Source of the DNA: an uncultured Thiomicrospira sp.
GTDB lineage: Bacteria; Pseudomonadota; Gammaproteobacteria; CAKMZV01
NCBI GenBank assembly: GCA_965195345.1
Contig: OZ239628.1
Span: 608,001 to 672,000 of the forward strand
DNA length: 64,000 bases
Reading direction: 5' to 3'
This document shows positions 48,785 through 59,544 of the stretch, in pieces. A model generated the notes under the pieces. The model searched no databases and had not been told where the DNA came from. It saw only the letters and a list, made by a program, of their open reading frames with translations. Made by a program: the position numbers and the translations under genes. Each line of letters opens with the position of its first letter. Position 1 is the stretch's first letter.

Positions 48785-51700
48785 ATGTCAACGTCATTTG
48801 ATCCCATCCACACACCGTTAATAGCAAGAGGTTTTAATCTAGTTGAAGCCAGCGCAGGCAGTGGTAAAACTTTCTCTATTGCGTTTATTGCAATGCGTTT
48901 GATCGTTGAAAAAGCAGTTCCTTTAGAAAAAATTCTAATAACTACGTTTACACGATTGGCGGCGGCAGAAATGACAGAGCGTATTTTTAGTATGCTGAAA
49001 AAAGCCGATGCATTGTATTTAAAGGCAACACCCCCTGAAGGAGATGATCTTGTTGAACAGTGGGTGGCAAATCACTGGAATGATGAATTTCGTTTTCGGA
49101 TTACAAGTGGTCTTACTCAATTTAACAAGTTGGCAATTCAAACAAATGACAGCTTGTTTCAAAAATTAACAAATCAACAAGCACTTGAGTTGAACGCCCC
49201 AATCGAAGCGGGTGAACAGATTGATGAAAGGACAATATTTTATCGACAGCTACGTACTTTTTGGTTAGAAGCATTATCGGATTGTTCAAAGACATTAAAA
49301 CCACGATTTTTAAACCGTTTTCCATTACCTGAAAATCTGAATAGGTTTGTTAAGGTTGAGCATCTACGAGGCGTAAAAATTCCATCAGTGGCTCTAAAAA
49401 AGGAATTAACAAAATTTACAGACGCTATTGATGCAGTTGAAAGCTTAGCACAGACTAAGATGGCACAGTTTATTAATATTTTTGATGATGCTTTAAAAGA
49501 TGGTTGTATTAAAAAGCCTTCTATAGGTGGTGTGCATTGGTCTTTGGGGCTTTTAAAAGAATCACCTGTTGATGCAATACTAAGTTTAGAAAACGATTTG
49601 GAAAATTATTTTATGAGTAAAGTTCCTGTCAAATGCAAAGATGGAATTTGCAGTAAGCTACAAACGTTTGAGCCATTATTTTATGCTTGCAATAAGTTAG
49701 TTGCCCAAGAGGGGAAATATTTTCAAGCATTTTTATATCATGCACAAACGTTAGTCAACCAAAGGACATTGGCAGAAATTGAAGCGCATTCCGGTTGGAG
49801 TTATGACGGTATTTTGTACCAATTAGAAGCGAGTGTTTTAAAGGGGTCCGTGCACGGGACTTTCGATGCAGTATTGGTTGATGAATTTCAAGATACCAAT
49901 CATGCGCAGTGGAACGTATTGTGTTCTTTGCTTTCTGATACAGGATTTGGATATTTAATTGGCGATCCCAAACAAGCAATCTATCGTTTTCGAAAAGCCG
50001 ATTTAAATACGTATTTTAGTGCTGCTCAAGTGTGCAAGAATCAATATACGCTTGATTTTAACTGGCGTTCAACGCCTATTTTAGTGAATGCAGTTAATTG
50101 TCTGTTTAATAGAGAAAATGTTTTTCTTGAAGAAAAAATGTATTTTTCACCAGCACAGACCGCATTAGCAGAAGCTGATAACAGCGTCGCTCAATTCGTC
50201 ACACTGGATAGTGCAGACGAAACAGATACAGCTCAAGCTTGTGTGAATAAGATACATGATGTTATCAAAGATGGATTTTCCCCCAATCAGATTATGGTAT
50301 TAGTGAATACTAATGCACAGGCGGAAATGATTGAACACTTATTGTTAGATGATGGTGTGCCGGCAACCATTAGAAAGATGAGTAAGGACACGAATTTTTT
50401 GGTTAATTGTGTCAAATATTTCGTAGAAGCATTGAAAAAACCTCAAGATGAGGCATTACAAAAACGGTATTTGCTGGCATTTTTAAATTTAGATATAAAT
50501 ACAGCGTTGAATCACCCAAATATTTCTGAGACATTACAATCGCTTAGAGATAAGTGGTTTTATATTGGTCCGCTTGGGATTTTAAAACACATCGTCCTAA
50601 ATAGCAAAATACGGAGTAATTGGCAGGAAGTCGGTCAAAAATCTGCTTTTTCTGGTTTGCTACTTGTGATGGAAAAGCTGCAGGAATTCTGGTCGGAATA
50701 TCCTTCCTTTAAGTATGTCGATGCCATTGTTGAGGAATGGGAATATGCTATTGAGAAAGAAAGCATAGTATTAACCGAATTGCCGAATGCTGTTCGGATA
50801 CTAACCACATTTACGTCTAAAGGCTTGGAGTCTGAAGTTGTGCTTTGTCCGTTCATTCTTACAAAAGAGAGCATATACAAGAACGATCACTTGAATTTGT
50901 TGAAAGAAGGGGGATTTCAATTAGTTTATGGGAGTGATTATGAAGATTGTCAAATTCAAAAAGAAGCCCACTTTGAAGCAGAACTTCGGCGGTTCTTGTA
51001 CGTGGCGCTTACGCGTGCCTCGAAACAACTTTTTGTATTCACAAACAAAAAGTTGTGCGTACTAAGAAGAATGTTGTACTCCCCTGTTAAATCAAATAAG
51101 CCAGCAGAACAAAAAAAAGAATTATTCACTAAACTTCAATTAGATGCAGAGCAGCTTGGTTGGACGGTATCCGAAGGGGATTACCTTAGCAAAAAGTCTA
51201 AACAGGAAGATGAAAATCAGGAAGTCAGAGTCGATACACTATCGAGAAGAAGAGCTTTGATTGGTATAAGCAGTTTCTCAAGGCTTTTAAAACAGAAAAG
51301 TGTCATTGAAATGGTGGAAGATCGCTTGGGTGAAGTAGAGGAATCTCATACAGATTATACTGAAATAAAACTCACCCCAGGTGCGGCTAGCGGAGAAGCG
51401 GTGCATCAATGTTTGCAAAAATTATTAGAAAATAAATCCCTGCAGAAAGAAGTTTCACAAACCCAATCCCTTCATCCATTTTGGGCGGATCAACTGAAAG
51501 CACAAGGGTTATCGGATGAGGCGAGCGAAGAATTATACGTGTGCGTGATGGCAGCATTGAATAATAAAATTGAACCTCTTGGAAACAAAACATTGGGACA
51601 CTTCGAAACATCGGCTATTCAATGTGAAATGAAATTTAATATGCATTTAAAGCACAGCCTTGAAGTGGCAATGTTGAATGACTTGCTAAAAAAGCATGCG

Positions 51701-52090
51701 CATTTGAAAAAACAATGGATGCTTAGTGAAATGCCTAAACAGGTAATCCCTTCAGGTATGTTCACAGGGTTTATCGATCTAACGCTGTGCAATGATGAAC
51801 GTTATTGGATTATTGACTATAAGAGTAACTACTTAGAAAATTACTCACCTGCTAATATTCAGCAAGCGATGGAAAAGCATGGTTACGGTTGGCAAGCAAG
51901 TTTTTATATGCTCGCTCTGCATCGATATTTATCGAGGTTGCTACCCAACTACTCATTGTATGATCAGTTGGGTGGTGCACTTTATTTGTTTGTACGAGGC
52001 ATGGTAGATCCAAGTAGTACGCAAAATGGGATTTGTCAATTAGGACCATCGCTTGAATGGATTGAAATTCTTGATGAGATCATAGAGTAA
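48785..52090 (+). CDS. recB: RecB-like helicase-nuclease
   Basis: EASAGSGKT, VDEFQDT, IGDPKQAIYRFR, YVALTRA; C-terminal GFIDL...IIDYKSN nuclease; GGALYLFVRG. Confidence 0.85.
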   Translation: MSTSFDPIHTPLIARGFNLVEASAGSGKTFSIAFIAMRLIVEKAVPLEKILITTFTRLAAAEMTERIFSMLKKADALYLKATPPEGDDLVEQWVANHWNDEFRFRITSGLTQFNKLAIQTNDSLFQKLTNQQALELNAPIEAGEQIDERTIFYRQLRTFWLEALSDCSKTLKPRFLNRFPLPENLNRFVKVEHLRGVKIPSVALKKELTKFTDAIDAVESLAQTKMAQFINIFDDALKDGCIKKPSIGGVHWSLGLLKESPVDAILSLENDLENYFMSKVPVKCKDGICSKLQTFEPLFYACNKLVAQEGKYFQAFLYHAQTLVNQRTLAEIEAHSGWSYDGILYQLEASVLKGSVHGTFDAVLVDEFQDTNHAQWNVLCSLLSDTGFGYLIGDPKQAIYRFRKADLNTYFSAAQVCKNQYTLDFNWRSTPILVNAVNCLFNRENVFLEEKMYFSPAQTALAEADNSVAQFVTLDSADETDTAQACVNKIHDVIKDGFSPNQIMVLVNTNAQAEMIEHLLLDDGVPATIRKMSKDTNFLVNCVKYFVEALKKPQDEALQKRYLLAFLNLDINTALNHPNISETLQSLRDKWFYIGPLGILKHIVLNSKIRSNWQEVGQKSAFSGLLLVMEKLQEFWSEYPSFKYVDAIVEEWEYAIEKESIVLTELPNAVRILTTFTSKGLESEVVLCPFILTKESIYKNDHLNLLKEGGFQLVYGSDYEDCQIQKEAHFEAELRRFLYVALTRASKQLFVFTNKKLCVLRRMLYSPVKSNKPAEQKKELFTKLQLDAEQLGWTVSEGDYLSKKSKQEDENQEVRVDTLSRRRALIGISSFSRLLKQKSVIEMVEDRLGEVEESHTDYTEIKLTPGAASGEAVHQCLQKLLENKSLQKEVSQTQSLHPFWADQLKAQGLSDEASEELYVCVMAALNNKIEPLGNKTLGHFETSAIQCEMKFNMHLKHSLEVAMLNDLLKKHAHLKKQWMLSEMPKQVIPSGMFTGFIDLTLCNDERYWIIDYKSNYLENYSPANIQQAMEKHGYGWQASFYMLALHRYLSRLLPNYSLYDQLGGALYLFVRGMVDPSSTQNGICQLGPSLEWIEILDEIIE

Positions 52091-53901
52091 TGCTTTTTGA
52101 AATTATTGATAAATCGATAGAAACTCAACAAATTCCTAAATTGGCGGGTGTCTACCAATTTTTAGATGAAAATAAAAAAACGCTTTACGTCGGAAAAGCT
52201 CGGCAACTACGCAATCGAGTACAGTCCTATTTTAGGACGCAATCTCAACCCATCAAAACATTAGCACTGATGCGTGCCGCACGCTCAATACAGATCACAG
52301 TGACGCATAATGAAGATGAAGCGCTTATTCTCGAAAATAATTTGATAAAAGAGCATCACCCACGATACAACATTTTATTTCGTGATGATAAATCGTATCC
52401 GTACATTTTTTTATCAAGTCATCCTTTTCCAAAACTGGGTTTTTATCGAGGATCACAAAAGGAAAAAGGTGAGTATTTTGGACCTTTCCCAAACACTGGC
52501 GCAGTGCATAAAAGTTTGCGTTTGATTCAAAAAATATTCCCGATTAGACAGTGCGAAGATAGTGTTTTTTCTAACCGTACTCGTGCATGTTTACAGTATC
52601 AAATAAAAAGGTGCAGTGGTCCTTGCGTTGGTCATATTAGTGCAGAAGAATATAATCAGGATGTGATGCATACCAGTGCATTTTTTCGAGGTGAAGAGCA
52701 AAATATAACCACTCACCTTCAAGAGCAGATGCGCCAAGCCAGCGAAATGCTTGAGTTTGAAAAAGCAGCGAGACTACGTGATCAAATTATCACTTTACGC
52801 CAGGTGCAGGACACGCAATCCGTTGAAGGAGCAAACACAAAAGTAAACCTCGATGTGGTGGTATTGGTGCAACAATCAGCACTGAGCATGGTGTACCTAT
52901 CTTTTGTTAGACATGGAAAGTATTTAGGAGGGAAGCACATCGTTGCAAAGCATAGTGAGTTCTCGAATGAGTCAGAAATTCTTGCTCAATTTCTAATGCA
53001 ACATTACAACGATAAGCCAGCACCTCAAGAAATAATTACCTCGCATCTAGTAAAAAATAAAAACGCAATAGAATCAGTGCTAAGTAGGCAAGGATCAACA
53101 CGCATAAAATCGCAAGTGCGCTCTGATAGAGCTCGATGGTTAAAACTTGCGCAAGACAATGCTGAACTTTCGATGAAACAAATGCTTCAAGAACAACAAG
53201 GGAGTGATGATAGATTAGACAAATTAACGTCAATCTTAAAAATGCCAGAGCGACCAAAACGCATTGAGTGTTTTGATGTTAGTCATACTCAAGGTGATTT
53301 CACACGTGCTTCTTGTGTTGTTTTTGAAAACGCTCGTCCACATACTGCAGATTACCGTCAATTTAAAATTGAAGGTCTGCAAAAAGGAGATGATTACGCT
53401 GCCATGAAGCAGGTTTTAGAACGACGTTATGCGCGTCTGTTGAAAGAAGATGCTGTTATGCCTGATTTAATCGTGATCGATGGTGGTAAAGGACAAGTAA
53501 ATATTGCAAAAAGCGTTATGGAAGAATTTGGATTACAAAACATATTATTATTGGGTATTTCCAAAGGAAAAGCCAGAAAATCGGGGGATGAAAAGTTTGT
53601 ACTTGCGTGGTCTAATGAAGAATTAGACATTGAACCGTTCTCACCAGCCTTTCATTTATTGCAACACATCCGCGACGAAGCACATCGTTTTGCTATTACT
53701 GGGCATCGTAAAAAGAGGCAGCAAGCAATGAAGGACTCTAAGCTGGAGCAAATTCCAGGAGTTGGTGCAAAAACAAGACAGAAAATTGTTGCCCACTTTG
53801 GAGGTGTAAAGGCGGTTGAGAATTCATCAGTCAGTGAATTAAAGAAAGTATCAGGAATCAGCAAAAATATCGCACAAAAGATTTATGACTTCTTTCATTA
53901 A
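52090..53901 (+). CDS. uvrC: Excinuclease ABC subunit C
   Basis: GVY..YVGKA GIY-YIG, RDDKSYPY, FEKAARLRD, IECFDVSH, IDGGKGQ, RDEAHRFA, HhH. Confidence 0.97.
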   Translation: MLFEIIDKSIETQQIPKLAGVYQFLDENKKTLYVGKARQLRNRVQSYFRTQSQPIKTLALMRAARSIQITVTHNEDEALILENNLIKEHHPRYNILFRDDKSYPYIFLSSHPFPKLGFYRGSQKEKGEYFGPFPNTGAVHKSLRLIQKIFPIRQCEDSVFSNRTRACLQYQIKRCSGPCVGHISAEEYNQDVMHTSAFFRGEEQNITTHLQEQMRQASEMLEFEKAARLRDQIITLRQVQDTQSVEGANTKVNLDVVVLVQQSALSMVYLSFVRHGKYLGGKHIVAKHSEFSNESEILAQFLMQHYNDKPAPQEIITSHLVKNKNAIESVLSRQGSTRIKSQVRSDRARWLKLAQDNAELSMKQMLQEQQGSDDRLDKLTSILKMPERPKRIECFDVSHTQGDFTRASCVVFENARPHTADYRQFKIEGLQKGDDYAAMKQVLERRYARLLKEDAVMPDLIVIDGGKGQVNIAKSVMEEFGLQNILLLGISKGKARKSGDEKFVLAWSNEELDIEPFSPAFHLLQHIRDEAHRFAITGHRKKRQQAMKDSKLEQIPGVGAKTRQKIVAHFGGVKAVENSSVSELKKVSGISKNIAQKIYDFFH

Positions 53902-53940
53902 AATTCATTGGCGTTTTAATGACGCGCAAGCAAGTTCAAA

Positions 53941-54159
53941 TTATTCTTTATCTTCTGAAGTTTCGCTAGGATTGTCAAGACGCTTTCTCAATGCCTTTTC
54001 AACTTCATCAAGGCGATCCTTACAGGTAGCATAAGCCTTCGTGGCTTGTTCAACCATAGGGATTAACTCATCCACATCCACCATCTCATCACTTTGCAAT
54101 TTATTGGCAATGTTCTCAAGTATCTGATAGTTTTCTTTATAGGATTGCTTTTCACTCAT
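53941..54159 (-). CDS. xseB: Exodeoxyribonuclease VII small subunit
   Basis: 72 aa helical protein with Y..LE.I...LQ...VDVDEL...VEQA......CK.RL pattern. Confidence 0.75.
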   Translation of the reverse strand: MSEKQSYKENYQILENIANKLQSDEMVDVDELIPMVEQATKAYATCKDRLDEVEKALRKRLDNPSETSEDKE

Positions 54160-54579
54160 GTGGCAATATTATATGCGACTCCTTCCGACTTATAAATAAT
54201 TCGAGTCAACTTAATTAAGATATTACAAGCAAGTTGTATTGAAAGTTCTGAAGGGCTGTATCGTTTGGCTTGATGAGTGCAGAGGTTATTTTTCGGTCAA
54301 AACAAGAATGTCTTGTTTAAAATGTATCGTGCTTGCTGATTGTTGCTAAAAACGGAGTTGTTGATTGTTGTATTGGGTAAAATATAGATGTATAAAATTT
54401 CATTTTTCAATTATTTTTTAGTGTTTAAGAAACAAGATACTAGTTGTTAATTAGAATTCATTAGATGATGATTTTATAAGGTTACTTATTTAACTGAAAT
54501 TGCCTCACACTACAACCTTACGCTTGTAATTTTGTTTGATAATGTCTCATGTCGAGAGGATAACGCAATTTACTAATCA

Positions 54580-55881
54580 ATGTCGATGGAAAAATCAATG
54601 AATATAGATATGAACAATAAAAGCCATTCAATATGTGTTTTGGGGTTGGGTTATGTGGGACTGCCATTGGCTGTTAGCTTTGCTGAAGCAGGTTATACGG
54701 TCTATGGACTTGATGTAAATGAAAAAAGGCTTGCTGAATTAAAGAATAACATTGATAGAACAGAAGAAATAACTTCGGTAAGACTTGAAAAAGTTAGTCA
54801 AAAAATACACTATGTTGGCGCAATTAAGGCGGGTGCATGCAGAATATATATAGTGACTGTTCCAACTCCAGTAGATATCAATAACGAACCCAATCTACAA
54901 CCTCTAGAAAAAGCATCCAAGATGATTGGAGAAACTTTAAGGCGAGGAGATTTGGTTATTTATGAGTCCACAGTATACCCAGGTGTCACTGAAGACTTTT
55001 GTGTGCCAATATTAGAGAAAGAATCAAATTTGACTTTTAATGAAGATTTTTTTATTGGTTATTCGCCAGAAAGAATGAACCCCGGAGACAAGGAACGCTC
55101 GCTTGAGAAAATTACAAAGGTAACGTCAGGATCAACGCCTGAAACGGCTCAAATAGTTGATGATTTGTACCGAAAAATTATCAAAGCGGGTACTGTGAAA
55201 GCTTCGAGCATCAAAGTAGCAGAAACGGCTAAAGTAATTGAAAACACGCAACGGGATGTCAATATCGCGTTGATGAATGAATTGGCAATGATATGCCATC
55301 AAATGAACGTCGATGTAAGTGAAGTCATTGACGCAGCCGCAAGTAAGTGGAATTTCATGAAGTTTACGCCTGGTCTGGTAGGTGGGCATTGTATCGGTGT
55401 GGATCCTTACTATTTAACTTTCAAAGCTCAAAATCTTGGCTATCAACCTAACCTTATCTTAGCGGCACGCCAAATTAATAGCCGCATGGGGAAATACATA
55501 GCTGAGAAAACCATTCAAGAAATGATAAAAGCAGGACATGCTATAAAGGGGAGTAAATGCTTGATTATGGGTTTGACATTTAAAGAAAATTGTCCTGACT
55601 TACGTAATTCTCGGGTATTTGACATAATCCAAACGATGCAGGAATATGGCGTGGATGTGGTCGCATATGACCCTTGGGTTGATTTTACCGAAGAGCAGTT
55701 GAATCTAAACTACACACAAGATCCTCTTCAAGAGAAACAAAAATATCATAGCGTCATCGTTGCAGTTGGGCATGATGTTTTCAAAGGTTACTCCGATAAG
55801 GATTATGAAAAAATCAGTTTACAAAATCCAATAGTAATAGATGTAAAAAATATCGTTGCCAATCCGACATGGCGACTTTAG
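54580..55881 (+). CDS. UDP-N-acetylhexosamine 6-dehydrogenase (TviB/WbpO-like)
   Basis: GLGYVGLP, YESTVYPG, YSPER, GLVGGHCIGVDPYY, FKENCPDLRNS; true start may be 54598 or 54610. Confidence 0.9.
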   Translation: MSMEKSMNIDMNNKSHSICVLGLGYVGLPLAVSFAEAGYTVYGLDVNEKRLAELKNNIDRTEEITSVRLEKVSQKIHYVGAIKAGACRIYIVTVPTPVDINNEPNLQPLEKASKMIGETLRRGDLVIYESTVYPGVTEDFCVPILEKESNLTFNEDFFIGYSPERMNPGDKERSLEKITKVTSGSTPETAQIVDDLYRKIIKAGTVKASSIKVAETAKVIENTQRDVNIALMNELAMICHQMNVDVSEVIDAAASKWNFMKFTPGLVGGHCIGVDPYYLTFKAQNLGYQPNLILAARQINSRMGKYIAEKTIQEMIKAGHAIKGSKCLIMGLTFKENCPDLRNSRVFDIIQTMQEYGVDVVAYDPWVDFTEEQLNLNYTQDPLQEKQKYHSVIVAVGHDVFKGYSDKDYEKISLQNPIVIDVKNIVANPTWRL

Positions 55882-56066
55882 TCTATGCGTTTCTCTAACG
55901 CAAGTGTGCTGAAAAAAATATGCTATTTAAGAACTATAGGGCTTGCCGTTAAGTTGGTTTAAATGGATTTGACGGTATCAACTTTAGACTAAAGATATTA
56001 TAAATTCTTTTTTTCTATCATTATCTTCATAAATTAGGCTTTATCATAGAGTATTCTTTTATGAAG

Positions 56067-57137
56067 TTAGTGCTTGTTCCACGTGTCAAGATACTGTTTG
56101 GCTACTTTAATGTGACCATGAACATTTTCTGCAAATAAACGGCTTTGGTATCCCATTTCTTGAATTTCTGATCTTTTTTCAAGTAACTTTTCGACTTCTT
56201 TTACTATACTTGCTGCATTGGGTTGAAGATTAATCACTGGAGAAGAGTTGATTTTAAGACTTTGAAAAGCCTCTGGTTCCGCACCTCCCATAACAATTTT
56301 TCCCATTGCGAGAGCATATACCCCGTTCATACCCGTTGAGTAACCATACATTTGATCGACCACCACATTGGTTTTTTTCATAATTTCAAGGTATTCTTTT
56401 AACGGTAATTGCCCGTCAGTAATGAGTTCTAAATCGTTAGGATATTTTTTCTTAAGAGCCGCAAAGGCTTCTTCAACATGGCGCGTTCCTTTAGATCCAT
56501 AGCGATTCAGACCGTGAAAGATGGTTATTTTTTTTCCACATATATTATCGGTATATTCAATTTTTTCAATATTAATGGGAAAAGGAATTGTCTCTAATCT
56601 TTTAGGACAATTGAGGTAGCTTACTTCATACTCATATACAGTAGGAATGATACCGTTAGACTTTTCAAGCAATCTCTTATTAAATGAAAATGCAGCAGGG
56701 CTGTTCATGTAATAGTAAGGGGATTTATTGTCGTATTTTAAAAAATCTTCAATGTGACAGTACCGCACCATTTTTCTTCCATATTTCCAGTAATAAGCGT
56801 CGTCACCCGCTCCTAAAAGGAAAAATTTATTATTATTTTTAATGATGTTGTCATAGAAAAGACGATTCAAGGAAAAATAATGTCCGTAAATAACAAAAGG
56901 ATTAATCAATTGAACGACATCAAAATTCTTCAATTTTGGAAGTGACAAAAAAGGTTTTAATTTTCTATCTAACACCCCCAAAAAAGAAGGGAAGGATGAG
57001 CCGAAACTAATATCTGTTGTAATCTTTTTATAGCCATCTGAAGTGCCTGCTATAACTGCATAATGACCTAAAGATTGCAGCCCTTCTTTTAAATTTTTAT
57101 GAAGGGCGCTAAACTCGCCCAATAATAAAATCTTCAT
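56067..57137 (-). CDS. Glycosyltransferase (GT-B fold)
   Basis: MKILLLGE N-terminus; KGT, DQ..Y..G.N..ALAMGK C-terminal GT-B pattern; last gene of the polysaccharide cluster. Confidence 0.75.
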   Translation of the reverse strand: MKILLLGEFSALHKNLKEGLQSLGHYAVIAGTSDGYKKITTDISFGSSFPSFLGVLDRKLKPFLSLPKLKNFDVVQLINPFVIYGHYFSLNRLFYDNIIKNNNKFFLLGAGDDAYYWKYGRKMVRYCHIEDFLKYDNKSPYYYMNSPAAFSFNKRLLEKSNGIIPTVYEYEVSYLNCPKRLETIPFPINIEKIEYTDNICGKKITIFHGLNRYGSKGTRHVEEAFAALKKKYPNDLELITDGQLPLKEYLEIMKKTNVVVDQMYGYSTGMNGVYALAMGKIVMGGAEPEAFQSLKINSSPVINLQPNAASIVKEVEKLLEKRSEIQEMGYQSRLFAENVHGHIKVAKQYLDTWNKH

Positions 57138-57180
57138 ATAACGATTGCTGATATAAGTTTTAAGCTACAGCAAAAAATCA

Positions 57181-58425
57181 TTAAATCCAATGCTTTCGAG
57201 TTACGAAGATCATTGTAATTAAGTACATGAAATAGTTTAATGCAAAAGCATAAGTTATTCCAATTAGTCCATGGCTGTTTATGAAAATAAATCCAAGCAT
57301 AACGAAATTAATGCTAAAAATTATTTCTGTAACAATGAATACTTTTGCCATTGCCTTTGCTATCATCAAATAAGACAATAAAAACGCAGAAATTTTTATA
57401 ACGTCACCTATGAGCTGCCATAAAAAAAGTTCTTTAATTGGTAGAAATTCTTCTGTGAATAAAAGTATTATAATGTAATCTTTCAGCATATAAATCATAA
57501 TCGATAGAATGGCTACTAAGGGCAGTAAAATCTGGTAGCCTTTCAACAGCTCTTGTCGCAATTCTGCTTTATTTGTTATCTCAGATAGCCTTGGCAAGTA
57601 ATAAATACTGATCGTAGAAACTATAACCAACAGATACATTGAAGAGATATGCCAGATGGCTTGCCAATATCCTGCTTGATTCCAATCCAAAGAACCGCCA
57701 ATATGGTTGCGTAATAAAAGCTGAGAGATAGGGGCTGCAATCGCTGAAACTAGAGCCATTAAGGCAAATTTTGCTAGCTTCTTAGCCTCAGGTGAGTCAA
57801 ACCTCTTGCGAAAATTCGATAACGTTATGATTGGATGTTTTCTAAGCATCCATAAGACTATCAAGAAAATAATTGATTGGTTGGTTGCTAATGCAAGTAA
57901 AGCGCCGTCCAAGCCGAACCAAACAATTAATGAAGTAGTGAATATTAGTCCATAGGCACTTTGAACGATGCTAATTTTGACCCAGGTTTTGACTTCTTTT
58001 AAACCATTGATTATTGCAAGTAAAAAACTGTTTATCGCAAATAAGACAACCGTGAATCCGAATACTACAAATATGTATTGATACTCTTCATTTTTCAAAA
58101 AACGAATGGAGGCTTCATTTGAAAAAGTAACTACCACTATCCCAACAAAAAAAGAAGCACTTAAAATAATTTTGCTGGCGGTGCTAAAAAGTAATGGAAT
58201 ATGGTCGCTTTCTTTACCATATTCAGCCGTGTATTTCGTCACCCCGCTGTTAATTGCACCTTGAGCCATCGTCATAACTAATTCCATGAAATTTTGAAAT
58301 TGGCCGATAAGCGCAAGACCTGAGGGTCCGATATAAATTGAAATTGCCTTATTAATAGCCAAGCCAGTCACCATTTTGATCGCTGTTGCAATAAAGCTTA
58401 AAAAAGATGTTTTAACGAGTGTCAC
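57181..58425 (-). CDS. wzx: O-antigen translocase / flippase
   Basis: Multi-TM; GPSGLALIGQFQNF, GVTKYTAE, YYLPRLS, WQLIGD motifs of WzxE-like flippases. Confidence 0.88.
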   Translation of the reverse strand: MTLVKTSFLSFIATAIKMVTGLAINKAISIYIGPSGLALIGQFQNFMELVMTMAQGAINSGVTKYTAEYGKESDHIPLLFSTASKIILSASFFVGIVVVTFSNEASIRFLKNEEYQYIFVVFGFTVVLFAINSFLLAIINGLKEVKTWVKISIVQSAYGLIFTTSLIVWFGLDGALLALATNQSIIFLIVLWMLRKHPIITLSNFRKRFDSPEAKKLAKFALMALVSAIAAPISQLLLRNHIGGSLDWNQAGYWQAIWHISSMYLLVIVSTISIYYLPRLSEITNKAELRQELLKGYQILLPLVAILSIMIYMLKDYIIILLFTEEFLPIKELFLWQLIGDVIKISAFLLSYLMIAKAMAKVFIVTEIIFSINFVMLGFIFINSHGLIGITYAFALNYFMYLITMIFVTRKHWI

Positions 58426-59544
58426 TTAAAATTCGTTGATGACTGTAATAACCTTTGATATCTCTTGGTCATTCATTACAGGGCTAATTGGTAAGCTTAG
58501 TATTTCTCTATGGATTTTTTCGGTTAAGGGGTAGCAAGTTGCATCAAGTAATGTCTCGTAGGCTTTTTGCTGATGCGGTGCTATAGGATAATGGATGAGT
58601 GTTTGAATGCCTTGGGATTCTAAATATAATTGCAATTTTTCGCGCTCTTTAACTCGAATAGGATACACGTGAAAAACGTGGTGTGAAAGATTTTCAATTT
58701 CTGATGTCGAAGCTTTAATAGGGACGATTATTTTAGGATTACTAATACCCTTTGTATATGCAATTGCAATTTTTTGGCGACGTTCTATTTCACCATTGAG
58801 GTACTTTAGCTTTACGCGTAAAAAAGCAGCTTGCATTTCATCTAACCGACTATTAGTTCCTTGATAAATATTTTCATATTTTTTGTGGCTGCCATAATTC
58901 CCTAATGCACGAATTATTTGTGCCAATTCGCTGTGATTGGTGGTTACTGCCCCAGCATCTCCAAGTGCACCTAAATTTTTACTGGGGAAGAAACTAAACC
59001 CCGATGCATCTCCCCAGTTTCCTGCTTTACATCCATCTATATTCGCGCCATGGGCTTGCGCAGAGTCCTCAATTACTAAAAGGTTATGCTCTTTTGCAAT
59101 CGCTATAATACGAGGCATATCTGCGAGTTGTCCGTATAAATGAACGGCTAAAATGGCTTTTGTTTTAGAAGTGATTGCTTTTTCTAATAAAGTTGATGAT
59201 AGGTTATAAGTTTGCTCGTCTGGTTCAACTAAAATTGGTTTTAGTCGGTTTTCGGTAATCGCCAAGATACTTGCAATATAGGTGTTTGCAGGAACAATGA
59301 CTTCATCTTCTTCTTTAAGCACACCCAGTTCCTTATATGCTCGAAGAATTAAAGTGAGTGCATCCAGTCCATTAGCTACACCAACACAATGTTGCGTTTC
59401 ACAAAAAGAGGCAAATTCTCTTTCAAATAATGCCAATTGCTGTCCTCGAATATACCAACCTGAGTCAATTACAGAAAGAGCCGCTTGTGCCAACTCGCTG
59501 CGGTACTGAGAATTAAGTGCTTTTAAATCTAAGTATGAAATCAT
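58426..59544 (-). CDS. DegT/DnrJ/EryC1/StrS aminotransferase (FdtB-like)
   Basis: [30 protein letters not shown] (PLP Lys), NSRLDE. Confidence 0.9.
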   Translation of the reverse strand: MISYLDLKALNSQYRSELAQAALSVIDSGWYIRGQQLALFEREFASFCETQHCVGVANGLDALTLILRAYKELGVLKEEDEVIVPANTYIASILAITENRLKPILVEPDEQTYNLSSTLLEKAITSKTKAILAVHLYGQLADMPRIIAIAKEHNLLVIEDSAQAHGANIDGCKAGNWGDASGFSFFPSKNLGALGDAGAVTTNHSELAQIIRALGNYGSHKKYENIYQGTNSRLDEMQAAFLRVKLKYLNGEIERRQKIAIAYTKGISNPKIIVPIKASTSEIENLSHHVFHVYPIRVKEREKLQLYLESQGIQTLIHYPIAPHQQKAYETLLDATCYPLTEKIHREILSLPISPVMNDQEISKVITVINEF

